DNA of 64,000 nucleotides from Hydrolagus colliei (taxonomy: Eukaryota). Position 1 is the first letter of the stretch. Each line of letters opens with the position of its first letter. Position numbers and translations under genes: made by a program. The notes beneath the pieces are model-generated. The model saw only the letters and a program-made list of their open reading frames with translations, did not search any database and was not told the origin of the DNA. Shown here piece after piece: positions 23,021 through 36,800 of the stretch. Location: positions 3,410,001-3,474,000 of the forward strand of contig CM068757.1 in assembly GCA_035084275.1 (NCBI GenBank), written 5' to 3'.

Positions 23021-25979
23021 TTTTAGTGTAAAGTTTAACAACCAGTATATCCTGAGGTCCACAATATGAGATACTCTGTAAAATTATATAATTGTAGGTG
23101 ATCAATTGGAATCTGTTAATAATATTGCCTGTTATTGCTAACATTATGAAGATGCGCCTAAAGTTCAAAGAAGCTGAACAAGTAGACTGCAATTACGCCT
23201 GTATAAAACTTGTCTTATAGCATGGATAGAATTTAAGCATCCAATTTGCTGTTTAAATATATAGTCTGGGCGTATACGCAGGCATAGAAACTTTTTTATA
23301 TACGACCCAGCATAAAAATAGCAAATAAAATATCTAATACTTCAAATGTCATTTCTGTAATGGAAGTATTACAAGTAGAACCAGCTGCAGAAGCATCTAT
23401 ACACAAACAAGGACACAGTGGGTGGAGGTAGTAGGATTGTGAATATATAGCAATGTGAGAGAAGCAATCTAATACAGTAAATTATTCAAATAGTTGTTTA
23501 GCAGCTCAGCTCCTAAACCAATGGAATAATTTGAAGCTGGAATCATGTATGCAAGCTGTTTGTTGGAATACATGCATTAATGCGATACACAAACCTGGGA
23601 GTAATTGCTTCAGCTTGTAAATATTTTACAATTTAAATAGAAAATGTGTGTTTGCAAGTGGTCTGGTTTCCTCCAGTTTAACTGTATTGCCACTTAAAGG
23701 AACTGTTCCAAGTAATCACAAATGGTATATACACTATTATACAGAATATCACTTTATAACACATTTCCTTGCTTGGAATGCATAAACAGCAAGTTTTAAA
23801 GCAATTTTCTATGAAAATGTTACCAATTGAAATAGGCAAAAATACCAAAGTCACTATTTTTTTTACAAAAAAAGTATTATAAAGCCTTACTTACAAACAT
23901 TTGCTGTTTGCAAAATCACACTGTAAAAGCTGATTCAGTGAAAAGTACTGTAGTGAAAAAGTAATATATTTTTTCACAAATGTAGATAAATAGATAATAA
24001 TAACCTCTTGCTTTTGTGACCTAGTTAATAGGGGTAAAGTAAAGGTATATTCAGGAGCTGCCCTAGTAAGAGGTCAGAGGTACTTGCTATGTACATAAAG
24101 GAAATAGTCATTCGGAAATCAAGTCATTCAAATATGTTGAAGGTACAGACCATAAAGTATAAAATATTATGCTAAACTGACAGTGATCAAGAATCCAGTA
24201 GAATCACAACTATGTAAGATATTCTGCAGTGTATAATTGAAAGACAAAATATTATTATCTTGAGGATAGCTTGCATACTGGTAGATTTACAAAGGAAATG
24301 TTTAATATAAGTACACTGGCCCATCAGTACTGTTTCTGAACTAGGCATTACATATTTCCATATTTATTTGACAACGATGTATATTCTGTTATCACCTAAT
24401 TCCTGAACCTTTCCTTGACATCCATGTTTTACATGATTCCTGGAGGCAATTTTGCATTGCATGATGCAGTCTGTTTTATAATTTCTTCCTTGGCACCGAT
24501 GTGTAAATATTTTTAAATGTTCTATTTATTTGGGTGCTATTATAAATGGGCTTTTTGGGACCCTCTTGTTTTGTAAAGGAAACCAATTTATATGTTCATA
24601 TCCATTACAATCAGCAATATTAGAAATGTTGTGAAAAGGGGAAAATGTGCAATGATAAAATAAAGTGATCACTCTATAAACAAACTGTGCAAAGTTGAGT
24701 GTCAGAAATGTGTGCATTACACCATTAGATGAAAAGCGAGTTCTTATTCATACTTGTGTTTTAACTCTTTAAAAACGAAAACCTCTTCAACTTTCACTAC
24801 ATATACTTTTCCTTTGATTCTAGACAGTGTAAAGTCGTGAAGATGAGCAATAAGTACAACAAGTCATTGGCGGCAGCTTTGTAGACTGTCGGTGACTTTA
24901 CCTGTGAATGCAATGAATGGGAAGTACTCAAAGGGAGAAATTCATAAAAAGGGAGAAAAGCATATTGAAATTGTAAAAGAACGTGTAATTAACAGCTTAT
25001 ACAGGGGATTCGGGGGGTAGGTGAGGAAGGATCGAGGAGGTCAACCAAAGACATTTGGGGTGAGAATGTTCTTTACCTGTTTACTCAGCTCACATCAATA
25101 TAGAAGAACAGAAACAGATTTTATCTAGGCACACTTACGTTTCTGGGGTTTAAAAATATCTAAATGGGTAGCAGATGTGTTTTAAGAGAATATTATTGCC
25201 AGGTTCAGTAGTATCGAAACTGGTAATGTAACACGTCCTTATATGAGAGTGCAAAACAGCAACATTCTAAATTTAACAGAGCTCAGCTGTACAGCTTCCA
25301 GTTCGAAAGCATAGTTGGCAATGTTCTTGTGTTGTTCCAGTCATATACTGGCTTGTTCCTTTTGGCTGGTACTTCAAATGGTATTGAGCTATTGGTATAT
25401 TCAAAATCAGTCTAAAACCAGCGACTTTTCTCGCAGTGAACCAACCCCACGTTATCTTCATCAATGCACACACTTAAATATCATTTAGATAAGTTATTAT
25501 TGGTAGGTGAGTTCCATGATCATACTCACAAAGTTCAGAGTTGTAGTCGTTGAATGACCTTGCAATTAGTGTATAGTATTTGAATCTTTAGCAAAGCCAC
25601 TTTAAAAATTGGAACTGTATAGTAGAATTTAAATTAATATTTCAGAACCTCAACTATACAAGACCCATGCAACAATACTTTACGGTGTTGAATTCTTTCA
25701 TTTGATACTCTGAGTAAAGTATCTTAAGGACTCGAGTCAGTTTACCAATCCTTACATCGGGTAACACTTTTTCCTGTCCTAATGAATAATTAAGGTTTGA
25801 CTGTAATAGAGAACAGATTTCCTAGTCATTCCCTTTGCTCCAGTAAAATAGTTCATACACATACTTGCAAATATATACACCTACTTGTTAGTCTAATATA
25901 TCAAGCTTTTTATACTTCATCATATACCTGTATGCTAAATAAAGGATTTTAAAGGAGTTTATGGGAGCAGCATTTTCAT

Positions 25980-26210
25980 GGGATTCCTGCTCCTCATCTA
26001 CTACTTTGTGAGGAAAACAATTCTCATCCTTAGAGTTGCTGCAGATTTAACAACTTTGTGTCCATGATCTCTAATTTTGCAATACATTTCAACTCAAATA
26101 ACCTATTTGCGTTTCCATCATCCTTCCTATTCAGCATTTTAAAGAGCCAAACTATAAGATCACCAGATTTTCTCCAGTGAAAATCAGTTTGAATTTTAGG
26201 GGATTCTCTT
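25980..26210 (-). mobile_element. Old CR1-type LINE fragment
   Basis: ctactactttgtgaggaaaa...tgtgtccatgatct...attttaaag...ataagatcacc...ctccagtgaaaa resembles antisense CR1 ORF2; decayed. Confidence 0.5.
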
Positions 26211-26614
26211 TTGTTTTAAGTACCATTTATTTATAGGCAACAGCTCATAAGTTGGTTGCAAATTAAACATATCTTAGTTATTCCAAAGCAAAGGATACCC
26301 ATAAAAAGCATTGATATACAAAAACAACCTAGACTTCTAGCTCATTCCAGTGCAGTAATGGGGGATTATTGCACAGTTGAATATGCAGACCTTCAGATGA
26401 GAAATTCAATTTATACCCTGCCATCCTGTTTAGGGTGGATGTCAAACATCTTATGAGACTAAAGGTACTTAAAAAGGAGATGGCTGTATGGCATATGGTG
26501 TATGCGGGATATAACTGTACAAATCGGCCACCATATTCACCTATGAATAGAGGAATTACCTACAGTTTGCAGCAATCACCAGTGAACTGCTTTAAAGCAT
26601 TTGATTGTTATACG

Positions 26615-26900
26615 TCAGTGGTTAGAGCATTCACCACACAGGCGACCTGGGTTCGAATCCCGACAGGCCAAAACCTTAGGCAAGTTTCCTTTCTCCACCA
26701 GCCTGATGATAATCTTTCAAGAAAAAGAAACAATGATAAATTGATCTCTTCAATTCTTGACTGTTTGTGGGACACTGCTGTATGCGATTGGCTGCCACGT
26801 TTAGCCTACAAAATATACAGTTTACAGGATATTTGGTGAAGCGTTTGAGACGTCTAGAAGATGTGAAAAGTGCTATATCAAATACGAGGGTTATTATTAT
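26615..26900 (+). mobile_element. Near full-length tRNA-derived Deu-SINE with a consensus B box
   Basis: Partial A box tcagtggttagagc (26615..26628), B box gggttcgaatccc (26649..26661), Deu core, and tail ending gagggttattattat. Confidence 0.92.
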
Positions 26901-27550
26901 CAAATACAACAATTAGTATTATTGGGATTATTATATAAACTGAACAGACAGATGTATAGCTAAATGACCTAGATGCTAAGAGCCATTCAGAATACAGATG
27001 AAAGCTAGCTATTTAATTTTGAATGAGTTCAGAATAAAAGGATAAAAATAGCAAACATAGACCAGATTGGTTGCCTCGCACAGAATAGGATATATATATA
27101 TACACATCAAATACTTTTAAGGGTTAATACACTCTCATTAAGCCTTGTGATTAGTATTTCTTTACCCCCCCCCCAAAAAAAGTATAATAAACTCCAATAT
27201 AGCACTTAACGCTGTGTCGATTGACACACGCCTGTTTTCAAAAAAGTTACATATTTGATTGGGGAAAAATCTGAGGATTGCAAGGATAAATATAAACACA
27301 GATGATTGAACACCGCTGGACCATGTGAATGTCACCCAAGGAAGGCAAGCAGTGAAGATGTACAATGCAGAATGGATGACTAGCTCACTGCTCTGGAGAT
27401 TTGCTTAAGGGACATTGGAATAGAACTATAGAAACGTCTTTACTGGAGTATATTAAACAGATTAAACCAAGACTCTGACATCGTCCATGGTGAAAGAGAC
27501 AGGTTTGACAGGCTAAGTGACCTTGTGTCATTTCTTAGCTGTCTTTCTTG

Positions 27551-27571
27551 ATATATATATATATATATATA

Positions 27572-27603
<32 letters not shown>
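27551..27603. repeat. Interrupted (AT)n microsatellite
   Basis: Two (AT)n runs separated by gtgt. Confidence 0.95.
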
Positions 27604-27692
27604 CAAAATCAGCCACAACAAGCAGTAAGGACAGTTTATACAGACTGCCTGCACTGCACAGCAAGTGGAAGCTGGTTCACAATGTTCCTTAC

Positions 27693-27806
27693 CAGATCTT
27701 AGAATGCTATTCAAGCAGGCAGCTGGAGGGAGAACTGCACAACTTAGATGGGACTCCAGTTGTGTCAGAGAGGACATTGCGTTTTTATGAATTGCTGTCC
27801 TTGACA
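27693..27806 (-). other. Candidate 114-nt symmetric (phase 1-1) exon of an unidentified transcript; partial twin at 1..67
   Basis: Strong acceptor cattttcctttttttttag and donor CTG|gtaagg. Only one frame is open (SRTAIHKNAMSSLTQLESHLSCAVLPPAACLNSILRS). No homology recognised. Confidence 0.25.
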
Positions 27807-30800
27807 CTAAAAAAAAAGGAAAATGATTAGAAAGTTCAGTCATTCTACTTCTCGCCCCCACCCCCACACCACCCCCTCCGCACCCTCCCTCTCCCACATC
27901 CCACTCTTCCTAAAAGCACCAAATCAGGCTGAGATATGATCTTATGATAGATGTTAGCCTTCCAGTAGTTTGCCCTTATTGCTATTCTCCATGTACATCA
28001 ATACACACACACACTTTCAGGGATCAACTATAACTTGCATTGTGTATTATGCAGTGAGCAGGAGGTGGGAACGACTTTTCTTAATTCTTTCCAAGGACAC
28101 TCAGGTCCACTGTGGCACCTACTTCTGCTACCAGATGAGATCAGCGAACTTAAAACAAGTAAGGAATCAAATTTTGGACCTTTGTGGTTTGCGAGGCTCA
28201 GTTTCGCTCCTGGTGATGTTCTTCCAGAAGTTCAGCAAATCCTGTTGTCCCATAATAACCACATTATTCTGCTCCTTCAGCAGGAAGACATTAAATCCAA
28301 TTTTAGCACTTGCATTAAAATCACTCTACTTGGCAGTTGTTATAAACAGCAGGCAAAATCCATTCAGAAATTAGACAGTTCTTGCGGTAAGCAGTATCTA
28401 GCCCTCTGCTGTCCCCACAGAGTAGTGGATATGTGGACTACACTCCCCGTCAAAGCAGTTATATTGGTCATAGCTTAAACTAGCTCAGTGTATCAGATAT
28501 GTATATATTTAGATATGAAGACAGAGTAGATAGGGAGATATTATTTCCACTCGGTTGATGAGTCAGTCATCAGTTTAAGATAGTTAACAGCAAAAAGGGA
28601 GATGGAAAGGATTTGATTTTTATAGTTATATTGTGTTAAAAATGTCGATCGTTCTGTAGCTCAGTATGAAGGCTTCCTAATTTCAAGTTGTCCCAACAAC
28701 ATTTCATTATAAAAATAACATTAGAAGTGTACTCTCCATCCAAAATTAACTGCTCAGCTCAGGAAGAATTGACAAATACTTCCCATAAAAAAAGAAAACC
28801 TGATGAAAAAGTGTCTCTAAATATGGATGCATTGCACTGACAACAGTGGAACACATCTCACAGTGTGTGTCAATCATTTGGGATGCATCCATGTAGCACT
28901 AACTAAAGCTCACTCTGTTTCAGATGAATTGCTTTATCTGAGACATTCAGGCTGTCCCAAACTAAATAATTCTGAAATTCTATTGTGAAAATAATAAATA
29001 AGTTGGAGCAGCGAGTCCTTTGACTTTATCCCACTCTTTTTGTTATTTTTAAAAAGCCTCCTTCAAATCAATAGGAATTTGTACTGTCAGTGAGCATATC
29101 AAAATGTGATAGGAATCAGAGGACAAAACGTTTGTCATTTACTGTTACATCATTGCCCCACCACTTCAATTAAAACTTTAACAAAGGTTTTAACACGTTT
29201 TATATTAAGATACATTGCCCCACATTTCTGAGTAGTTGGTGCTTTATTATCCATTCCAAACTCCAGAGACAGTGAACATTCGTACCATATGTCAAGCACA
29301 ATAAATCAAAGGCCTTTAGCCGAGAAATTCAGTTCCTAGAAAAATAGCTTGCAAATCCAGGGTGTAAGGTGCCAAAAGCACAAAATGAAAAAATGAGAAA
29401 AAACAAAAAATAGGAGTACTAATATAAACGGACATATTTTCAAGGGAAGTTTACAAAGTTAACTTGCTGCTAAATCAAATCAATGCCCGGTAATTATTGC
29501 TCTATTCTACAATTGAAGTATGTTGAAGTTAAGTTATGTTCCTGTGAAGTCCTTTGGTGCGTCCTCCGGATGTGAAAGGTGCTCCACCAAATTTAACGAT
29601 TAGGACTATTATTATTTATATGAAAAAACCCAAGGCTGATTTTTTTTAAAAAAAGTGTTTAGGTGCAAATATATTCTTCTGAGTGTTACTCAGTTCCCCC
29701 CAAAATATTTATTCTCCCCAAAGGCATTTATAAATTGACTTTCTCTATTGAACACTTTTTACCATGTACAGTGCTAACCAACTAACAGACGTGAAGCATT
29801 CAGGTATTGTGTGTAGACCAACAGTTGTGCAACAACTTCAGTCCTGCAGGACACAAACAAGGTTTTCTTATTATAATATTAAATCATCGTATTCAATGGG
29901 CAGTTTCAGATTGGGAGTAAAAATGGTGTCTAAATTTCACTCAATATCAGCAAGCTGTGGTACAGTATTATGAATCCAGTGAAGTGTTTCAAGACATTCA
30001 CTCAACATGAAAGACGCTATATCAAATTCAGGGATTAACAATTTTTATTATAATGTATCCCTCCATCTGAATGATAGTGAGGTACATAATTATGTACTCC
30101 CACAGGTAAGTGTAATATGACTTGAAATACACATTTGGGACAAATTTATCCGGAACAAATGAAAGAAACCAAGTTTACAGCATGCTGCCGTTTCAACATC
30201 GTTTTTTTTTTACATTTCAAAGGTAAACAACACTGGTATGTTCTTCCTAAACAAAAATAAAATGAATGACTTACAATAAAAATACGTAATTGTTGCTCTA
30301 CACTATTGTCATTGCGGTTTTTTTTAAGAGCTCCTAGACGCCCACCCAGTGTGGAGGGCACAATATAAATGCAAGTTGTTGTAGTTGTTTGGTTACTGAT
30401 AATGACTTCTGACATTGGGGATAGAGGGTGTGGTTTTGCCAATGGCTCTGTCTTCTCCTGCTGACATGTAATCTTGTGGCTAGTAACAGCCCTCAAGAAA
30501 GCCACCTCTCTGGTTGTGTGAACCAGACAGGGAGTGCCCCGGAAAGATATTCAACCAGGAAGGGCAATGCAGACAAACCCAATCTGGCCAACAGCTGAGA
30601 TCCCCACATGTACACTTTCCAGCATCCGTCACTGGATAGCAATCCAGTTCAAGAGCGTTGAATTATGTTCTCCTCCCTAGCCCATGGGCACTGAGGTCAA
30701 TTATAGCATCCCAGCTGCTGCTGGCCTTGCTGAGACTCGCACACACAAACACAGCCCAACACAGACTAATGTTGCACTGAATAGTACCTTGAACCCCCGA

Positions 30801-33800
30801 GACATCAAAAGAGTTGTCTAATTAGGTTTATTCTCAAATTTCGAATACCAAATAATTACTCTTGACTTGTATTTGTAAGTGAAAACAGTTTAAAAAAAAA
30901 AAAAAATTGCATTGCAAGGTCAGTAATGCGATGGATCAACTTGTAACTCAATGCAAGAGCTGCAGATTATCTAAAACCTGATAAGCAATCGGAAAATTAC
31001 AGACACAAACCAATCATTAAGCAAACTCCACAAACATAAGGCAGTGGATTTCTTATTAAAGTGATGTATATTTAATGTTGTCCAGCAGCATGGACATCCC
31101 AGGGATAAAGGTACCATGCCATTCCCACACTTAGCTGATATGTGCTGTGTTTGCAAGTTTAGGAATGGAATTAATCATCTTCTCAACTTTAAATTTAGAT
31201 TTCTACAAGAGCAACACTGTCAAGCCTAACCTATCCATATTAATAATATTAATAATAATCCTCGCATTTGATAGAGCACCTTATCATGTTGTTCAGACAG
31301 GTCAAAGCGCTTCCCAGAATATATTGTAAAGTGGATTGATTGTGTATTTTGTGGGCGAAATTCCTCTTAGCATTTAAGTTATGTAAACTGATTTGAAAAC
31401 ACAGTCGCTCTTTGTGCGGTGAAGGAATAGGTGCACATAGCTCCTTTTGTTCATCTCAGTCAATATTTCTGTAGGAGATAACAAAATTAAAAACAAATGT
31501 TGACACACAATATGACTGACTGCTTTAGATGATGTGCTGATGTACTGAGGCAGGCGAGATTATTTTTCTTCCCTTTTTGTGAAGACATATGAAAATGATA
31601 CACACGTATATTCTAGCAGGCCTTGCCTATACAAATTTCACCATCCTGTTTGTGGTCTCCAAAGCTGCAGGAAATTCACTTCACAAAGAGTTTAATAGAC
31701 TCCAGCTGGCATTAGCTGTGTTTGGACTGTGAACTTGTTAAAGTTTGCACTGAGGGAGGTAACCCTCCGTGTTCAAAGAGCAACTGTGCATTTGCCTCAT
31801 TTTATGTAACTGAAATGTTAAGAGCTTTAGGCCCAGAAGAAAATTGTCTGGTTATTTCTTCCATTAAAGCCACTACTGATTGATGTCAAAAGGGAAGATG
31901 AAGCCCTTAATTCTCGGACAACAGAATCATTTTAAAGTTACTGGAAATTCAATTTTATGTTGCCTACCTCTTTGTTTCATTCCCTTTCGAATGTCTCTTG
32001 ATACCAGAAACTTCTCCAGCAATGTAGTAAAGCCGTGACTCCACACAAGGCAAACTCCTCAAAGAAAACAACAGCATATAAATGTATGATATCCACCCGC
32101 AGTTGGAAGGCAAATCCCACAGAGTTCAGGTACGGTCTTTTGAAATCAGCAGGTTCTATCAAATTTCCTTCACACATTTATCGCCTTGGGATTTGATGAG
32201 AAAAGAAACTGGCTGTTTAGCATTTAGAACTATTTGAATTTTTTTTCTCCCCAGCTTATTGTTCTCTGTGTGGGTTTAAATCACATAACTTGGTGAGAAG
32301 ACTGAATTGCCGACTGAACTTCTGCCATGCTGTGTGCCTATATCCATTGAAACAGTCAATTTCATTTTACACCTGATTTAAAAAGCTGGCAATGCTTAAA
32401 GGAAAACCTGAGAGAAAATCAACTCTAATTACAGGTTTTAGAATGAGAAAGAGTGATAGATTTGTCATTTCTGTAGGCATTGGATTTGTTATTTGGATTC
32501 TCAGAAGACAGCTTATCATGCGAGGTACAGAGTAGCATAACAGGATCCACTGTCTTACGTTAATTCTTACTTCTCCTACGTTGGTTGCCTTAACAGTGGA
32601 TCCTGGTCAATTATATAATACACACTGTCGATCTATGTTTATACCAAGTCAGTGAATTAATTATGGCAAAGAAGGGAATGCAGAAAAACGATTAGTTTGT
32701 GGGCCAGAATCGGTTCTATAATTCTAACTAAATAGCTTATCTGAAATAATATCTTATTTCAACTGGAATGGCGGCTTCGTTCTGCTCAAAGCCACTCGAG
32801 CAACAACTAACAATCAACATAGTTTGTTTTTCATTCTGAGAGTTAGACTTCTTGAGCATATCTGAGACATCCTCCTACATCCTAACCAGCGACATAAACT
32901 CCACAGTGTATGGACAGTGAAACAATTTATGGACTTTTTTTTAAATGTTAAATTTTATTAACTGTTCCTGTTCATTCACTGAATCTAGACCTTGGAATAT
33001 ACATATCTCACTCCAATCACAAACTGCTCCGCCAATGCCTATGTTTATAATTGGCTTTATATATTGCGGGCTTTACCATCCCGACCTATGTTCTAAATGC
33101 TGCTGACAACACTGCACTGAGAACTCCCTCTGCATCTCATGCAGTTCTAAAAAAGGAAATATTGCCTTTTCCTCTCCATAATTAGATCTCTGTTTCAGTA
33201 TCAAAATGTTCTTTGCTCTCTGAATCACCCTCATAGATAGTAGAGCACAGACAATGGTTAATTCACAATCCCTGTTTTCCTATTTCAGGATCTCCTTGGT
33301 GCAATGAACCCGGACGCCCAGGTTATGTGGAAAACACAGCAGCCAGCTCAAATGACTTGAGCACAGAATAAACAATAGTACACCATTCATATGGATGAAA
33401 CGTGTACAGAACATTCACCTCATTAAAGGTTGACATATTATTGGAATCCAATTGCAGCTCGTTCTTTCTGACCCAAGCAAGAGATTATTTCCATCAAGGG
33501 CAAGGCAACAAACAAGCTTTCACCCAATGGCTCGCACACTCCATGCTCTCTGGCACAGGTGAACCCTGCTTATAATAGAGGACTGTTACTGGGCAGTGTA
33601 CATTTGTTTGAATAGTTATCATTTGGATTTGTGTCCCACACGTTTCCTTCACCTGGTCTCCACAAAAGAGCTTGAGTAAGAAGGCAGATCAAAGGCATAG
33701 CATTAGTAATAGTTTGGTCACAACACAGTATTTATTAAGCAAGGTATTCCCCTGGCTTCCACATTTTATGTTATGTGGAGGTGTCACTGTCAAAGATTCA

Positions 33801-36800
33801 TCGCCGGATGGTTGGTGACATTTTTCTGAGAGGTTTAGTTCCTGGAACAGCCAGGAATAGACTTCATTGAAAACTTCTGTTATGTTGGCCACAGAGCGTA
33901 GCTCACTTTGCAGCCAATGGTTAGTTGCATTATTTTTGGCAAATTGTGTTTCAGTGGAGGGTGGGTTTTGGGGGGATGGATGAATATATAATATTCATTC
34001 TGTAGCATTTCAAAGAGTGGATAAGGTCATTGCTTGATGAAAATAATCTCTTGCAGTCATTTGCTTGAATTAAGCAGCTTGGGTAAGCATAGACTGCAAT
34101 TGGATTCCAATAATATGTCAACCTTTACTGAAGCAATAGTTCAGAACACAGAGTAACCTATCTGGGACTCAAATGAATCAAGTTCGAAACAGGAAGAGGA
34201 TTAGTGAACAAACCTACAGCATTATTTCTGAATGCCAGAGATCCTTATTCCTTGGATGTTCATAGAATAGATGTACTCTGTGTAATTGTAACATATTTGA
34301 AATTGGAATCAAACTTTGGGACCATGTCTGCTGGATCTGAAAGGAATGGCCTCAAAGGCACAAATGGTCTGTAGTCTTGTAGTATACTTTTTTAACTGGA
34401 TAATTAATATGCCAGAGATTACAGGGTTTATTTGCAGTTAAAACATCTACTTAAAAAGATAAACTGTGTCTTTTTAGGCTCCTTAGTTAAATTGTGTTAG
34501 TTGTAAGAGTATCGTCTTTATCTTTGCTGTAAACAATTTGTTTTGTTCACCACTGCATTAATAACCAAATAGGGTTTACAAGACGACAGTAATACCAGGA
34601 ATCAGACTTAATCCTTTCAGTCACAAGAGCTACATCCCACTATCAGTTTATATTCCTTGATGGAATAAATCTTACTGTTACAAAACTGATCCGTTGCGCC
34701 ATTTATAATACTGTACTTGGAAATTCATTCACCAGCCATTTGAAATAACCAAACTAATTAAGGTTTTAAATATTCTGACTTTAAATTATATTTGAAATTT
34801 CAGATAATCCAAAGAATTCTTACATTTGATATAATAATAAATAATAATAATCCTTGATATAGTGCCTTATCAGCTTGTTGAGTCATCTCAAAGTGCCTCA
34901 CAGAGTAAATATTGGGGGGATTTGGGGAGGCCAAATTTGTAGGGCTATGACGAGAGAGCAGGGGAGTGGGATTAATTTGGACAGTTCTTTCAAAGAGGCG
35001 GCACAGACAAGATGGGCCGAATGGCCTCCTTCTGTGCTGTGTAATTCTATGATTCTATGATATTGTAAAGTGGATTGACTGTGCATTTTGTGAGGCAAAT
35101 AAATTGGAATAACTGATGTATGGATTGGAGTGTGCAAGTTTAACAATTGAAATGGAAAGTTTCGGGTGTATCTGCGGGGATTATGAATTTTCCTAGAATC
35201 TTGATCTGCTTAATCCTTGTGTTTGATAGAACACTTTTCAAGTTCAGGAGGACATCTCAAAGCACTTCATAGGATACAGTTTAAAGCATACCAACTACAC
35301 ATTGTACACAAACACAAAATATATAATTTTTAAACTAAATGTGATCGTTATGTTGATTTATCTGGGGGAAATGACTTTGAATTTGAAATTGTATCTTTGC
35401 TTCAGAAATCTAAACTAATCGAGATTTCATCAATTCATCTGGGCTTGGTTATACCTGATTATATATATATAGTATACTGTATATGAAATGACTCAAATTG
35501 GTCTTTTTATATGCACTGAAAAACAAAGAATTTTTCCATTTGTCAATGTTCCTGTGATATAATAGCAATCTTAAGTCTTTGGCATTAGCTTTGAGTCTGA
35601 TGAATTTTGACCAGTTTAGGTCACAGCAGAATGAATCTCTGAACACACTGCTTGCTCATTTTTATACTGAATCCATATCTGCAACATACCTATTTTTAAT
35701 GCAGATAGATGTGAATTTCATAACAAATGAGAATTTTCTTCATACTTTTGATTTTTAAAATCGGAATTTGGTGTTTCCAATTTTTAGGATGCATTTTAAG
35801 AGACCAATTTGTATGCGTTTTAATGCATTTCATATGTACCCTTCACACTTTCCAGACAGCGTTAGGGAGAGTGTTTTATTATGAGTTTTCAAGGAATAAC
35901 AAAAACTCATACTGGAGCAGTGTATTAAATATTTGAAATACTGCACAAATTCTACCCTCTCTGCGTATTCATAACCATAACTCTCGCAAGAGGCAGTCAG
36001 CCTCCAACATCTATTGAAACCCATTACAATTTGTAAGGTGCCAGGCCTGTGATGAGCAATTATCAAGTGCAAGATGTTTTTTTGGACCATGCGATTTCAG
36101 AACCAGTGAAGTATTTTGTGATGTAGAGTTATTTTACCTTTAACCATCGCGGAATTTGGGTAAAAGACAGAATTGTATTGGATTAATAGCAATTCTTTGT
36201 TTTTGTGTTGTTGTCGTTGATAATTCCGGTTTATTTTCCCTAGTTTTCTGGCAGTTCCTCCCCATCTGCCCCCACATGCACCAGGACATTTTCTCAGTAA
36301 AGTATCGCGAACTTTGAGAACAATTCTGCCCTCTCCACCACCCCCTCGCCCACCTCTCCAACTGTGCCTTTCATTCCCTTTCCTCATCTTCTTGCTGGCC
36401 TCCCCCCATCATCTCTGTGAAGGGCTTTGAGACGTGTAATGTGTTATGTGTGTGTGTGTATATATGTACAGTGCCACTCAGACAGGCCAGCAAGCCCAGA
36501 GTGCTTGAGTTACAAGCTGTTTGCCTGGTGTGTCACTTCACAATCTGGCCAACCTTAAAGCTACCCAGCCTAAATCACTCTGTCCCAAAGGAAGATATTG
36601 GCAACTTAATAAAGGGTGGTCTTGGGAATCATCACCCAGCTTTAACAATGAGACCCAGAGCTCCCGAAACTCAGGAATACCCAATAAGAAAAACAAATAT
36701 GCAGCAAATGTGATTCAAAAATGTAACGTGAAATGCCCCCGAGCACAAGCTGTAAGCCGTTCATCACAGTGATTGCTTGATGCAGTGCCAGCAAACTAGC

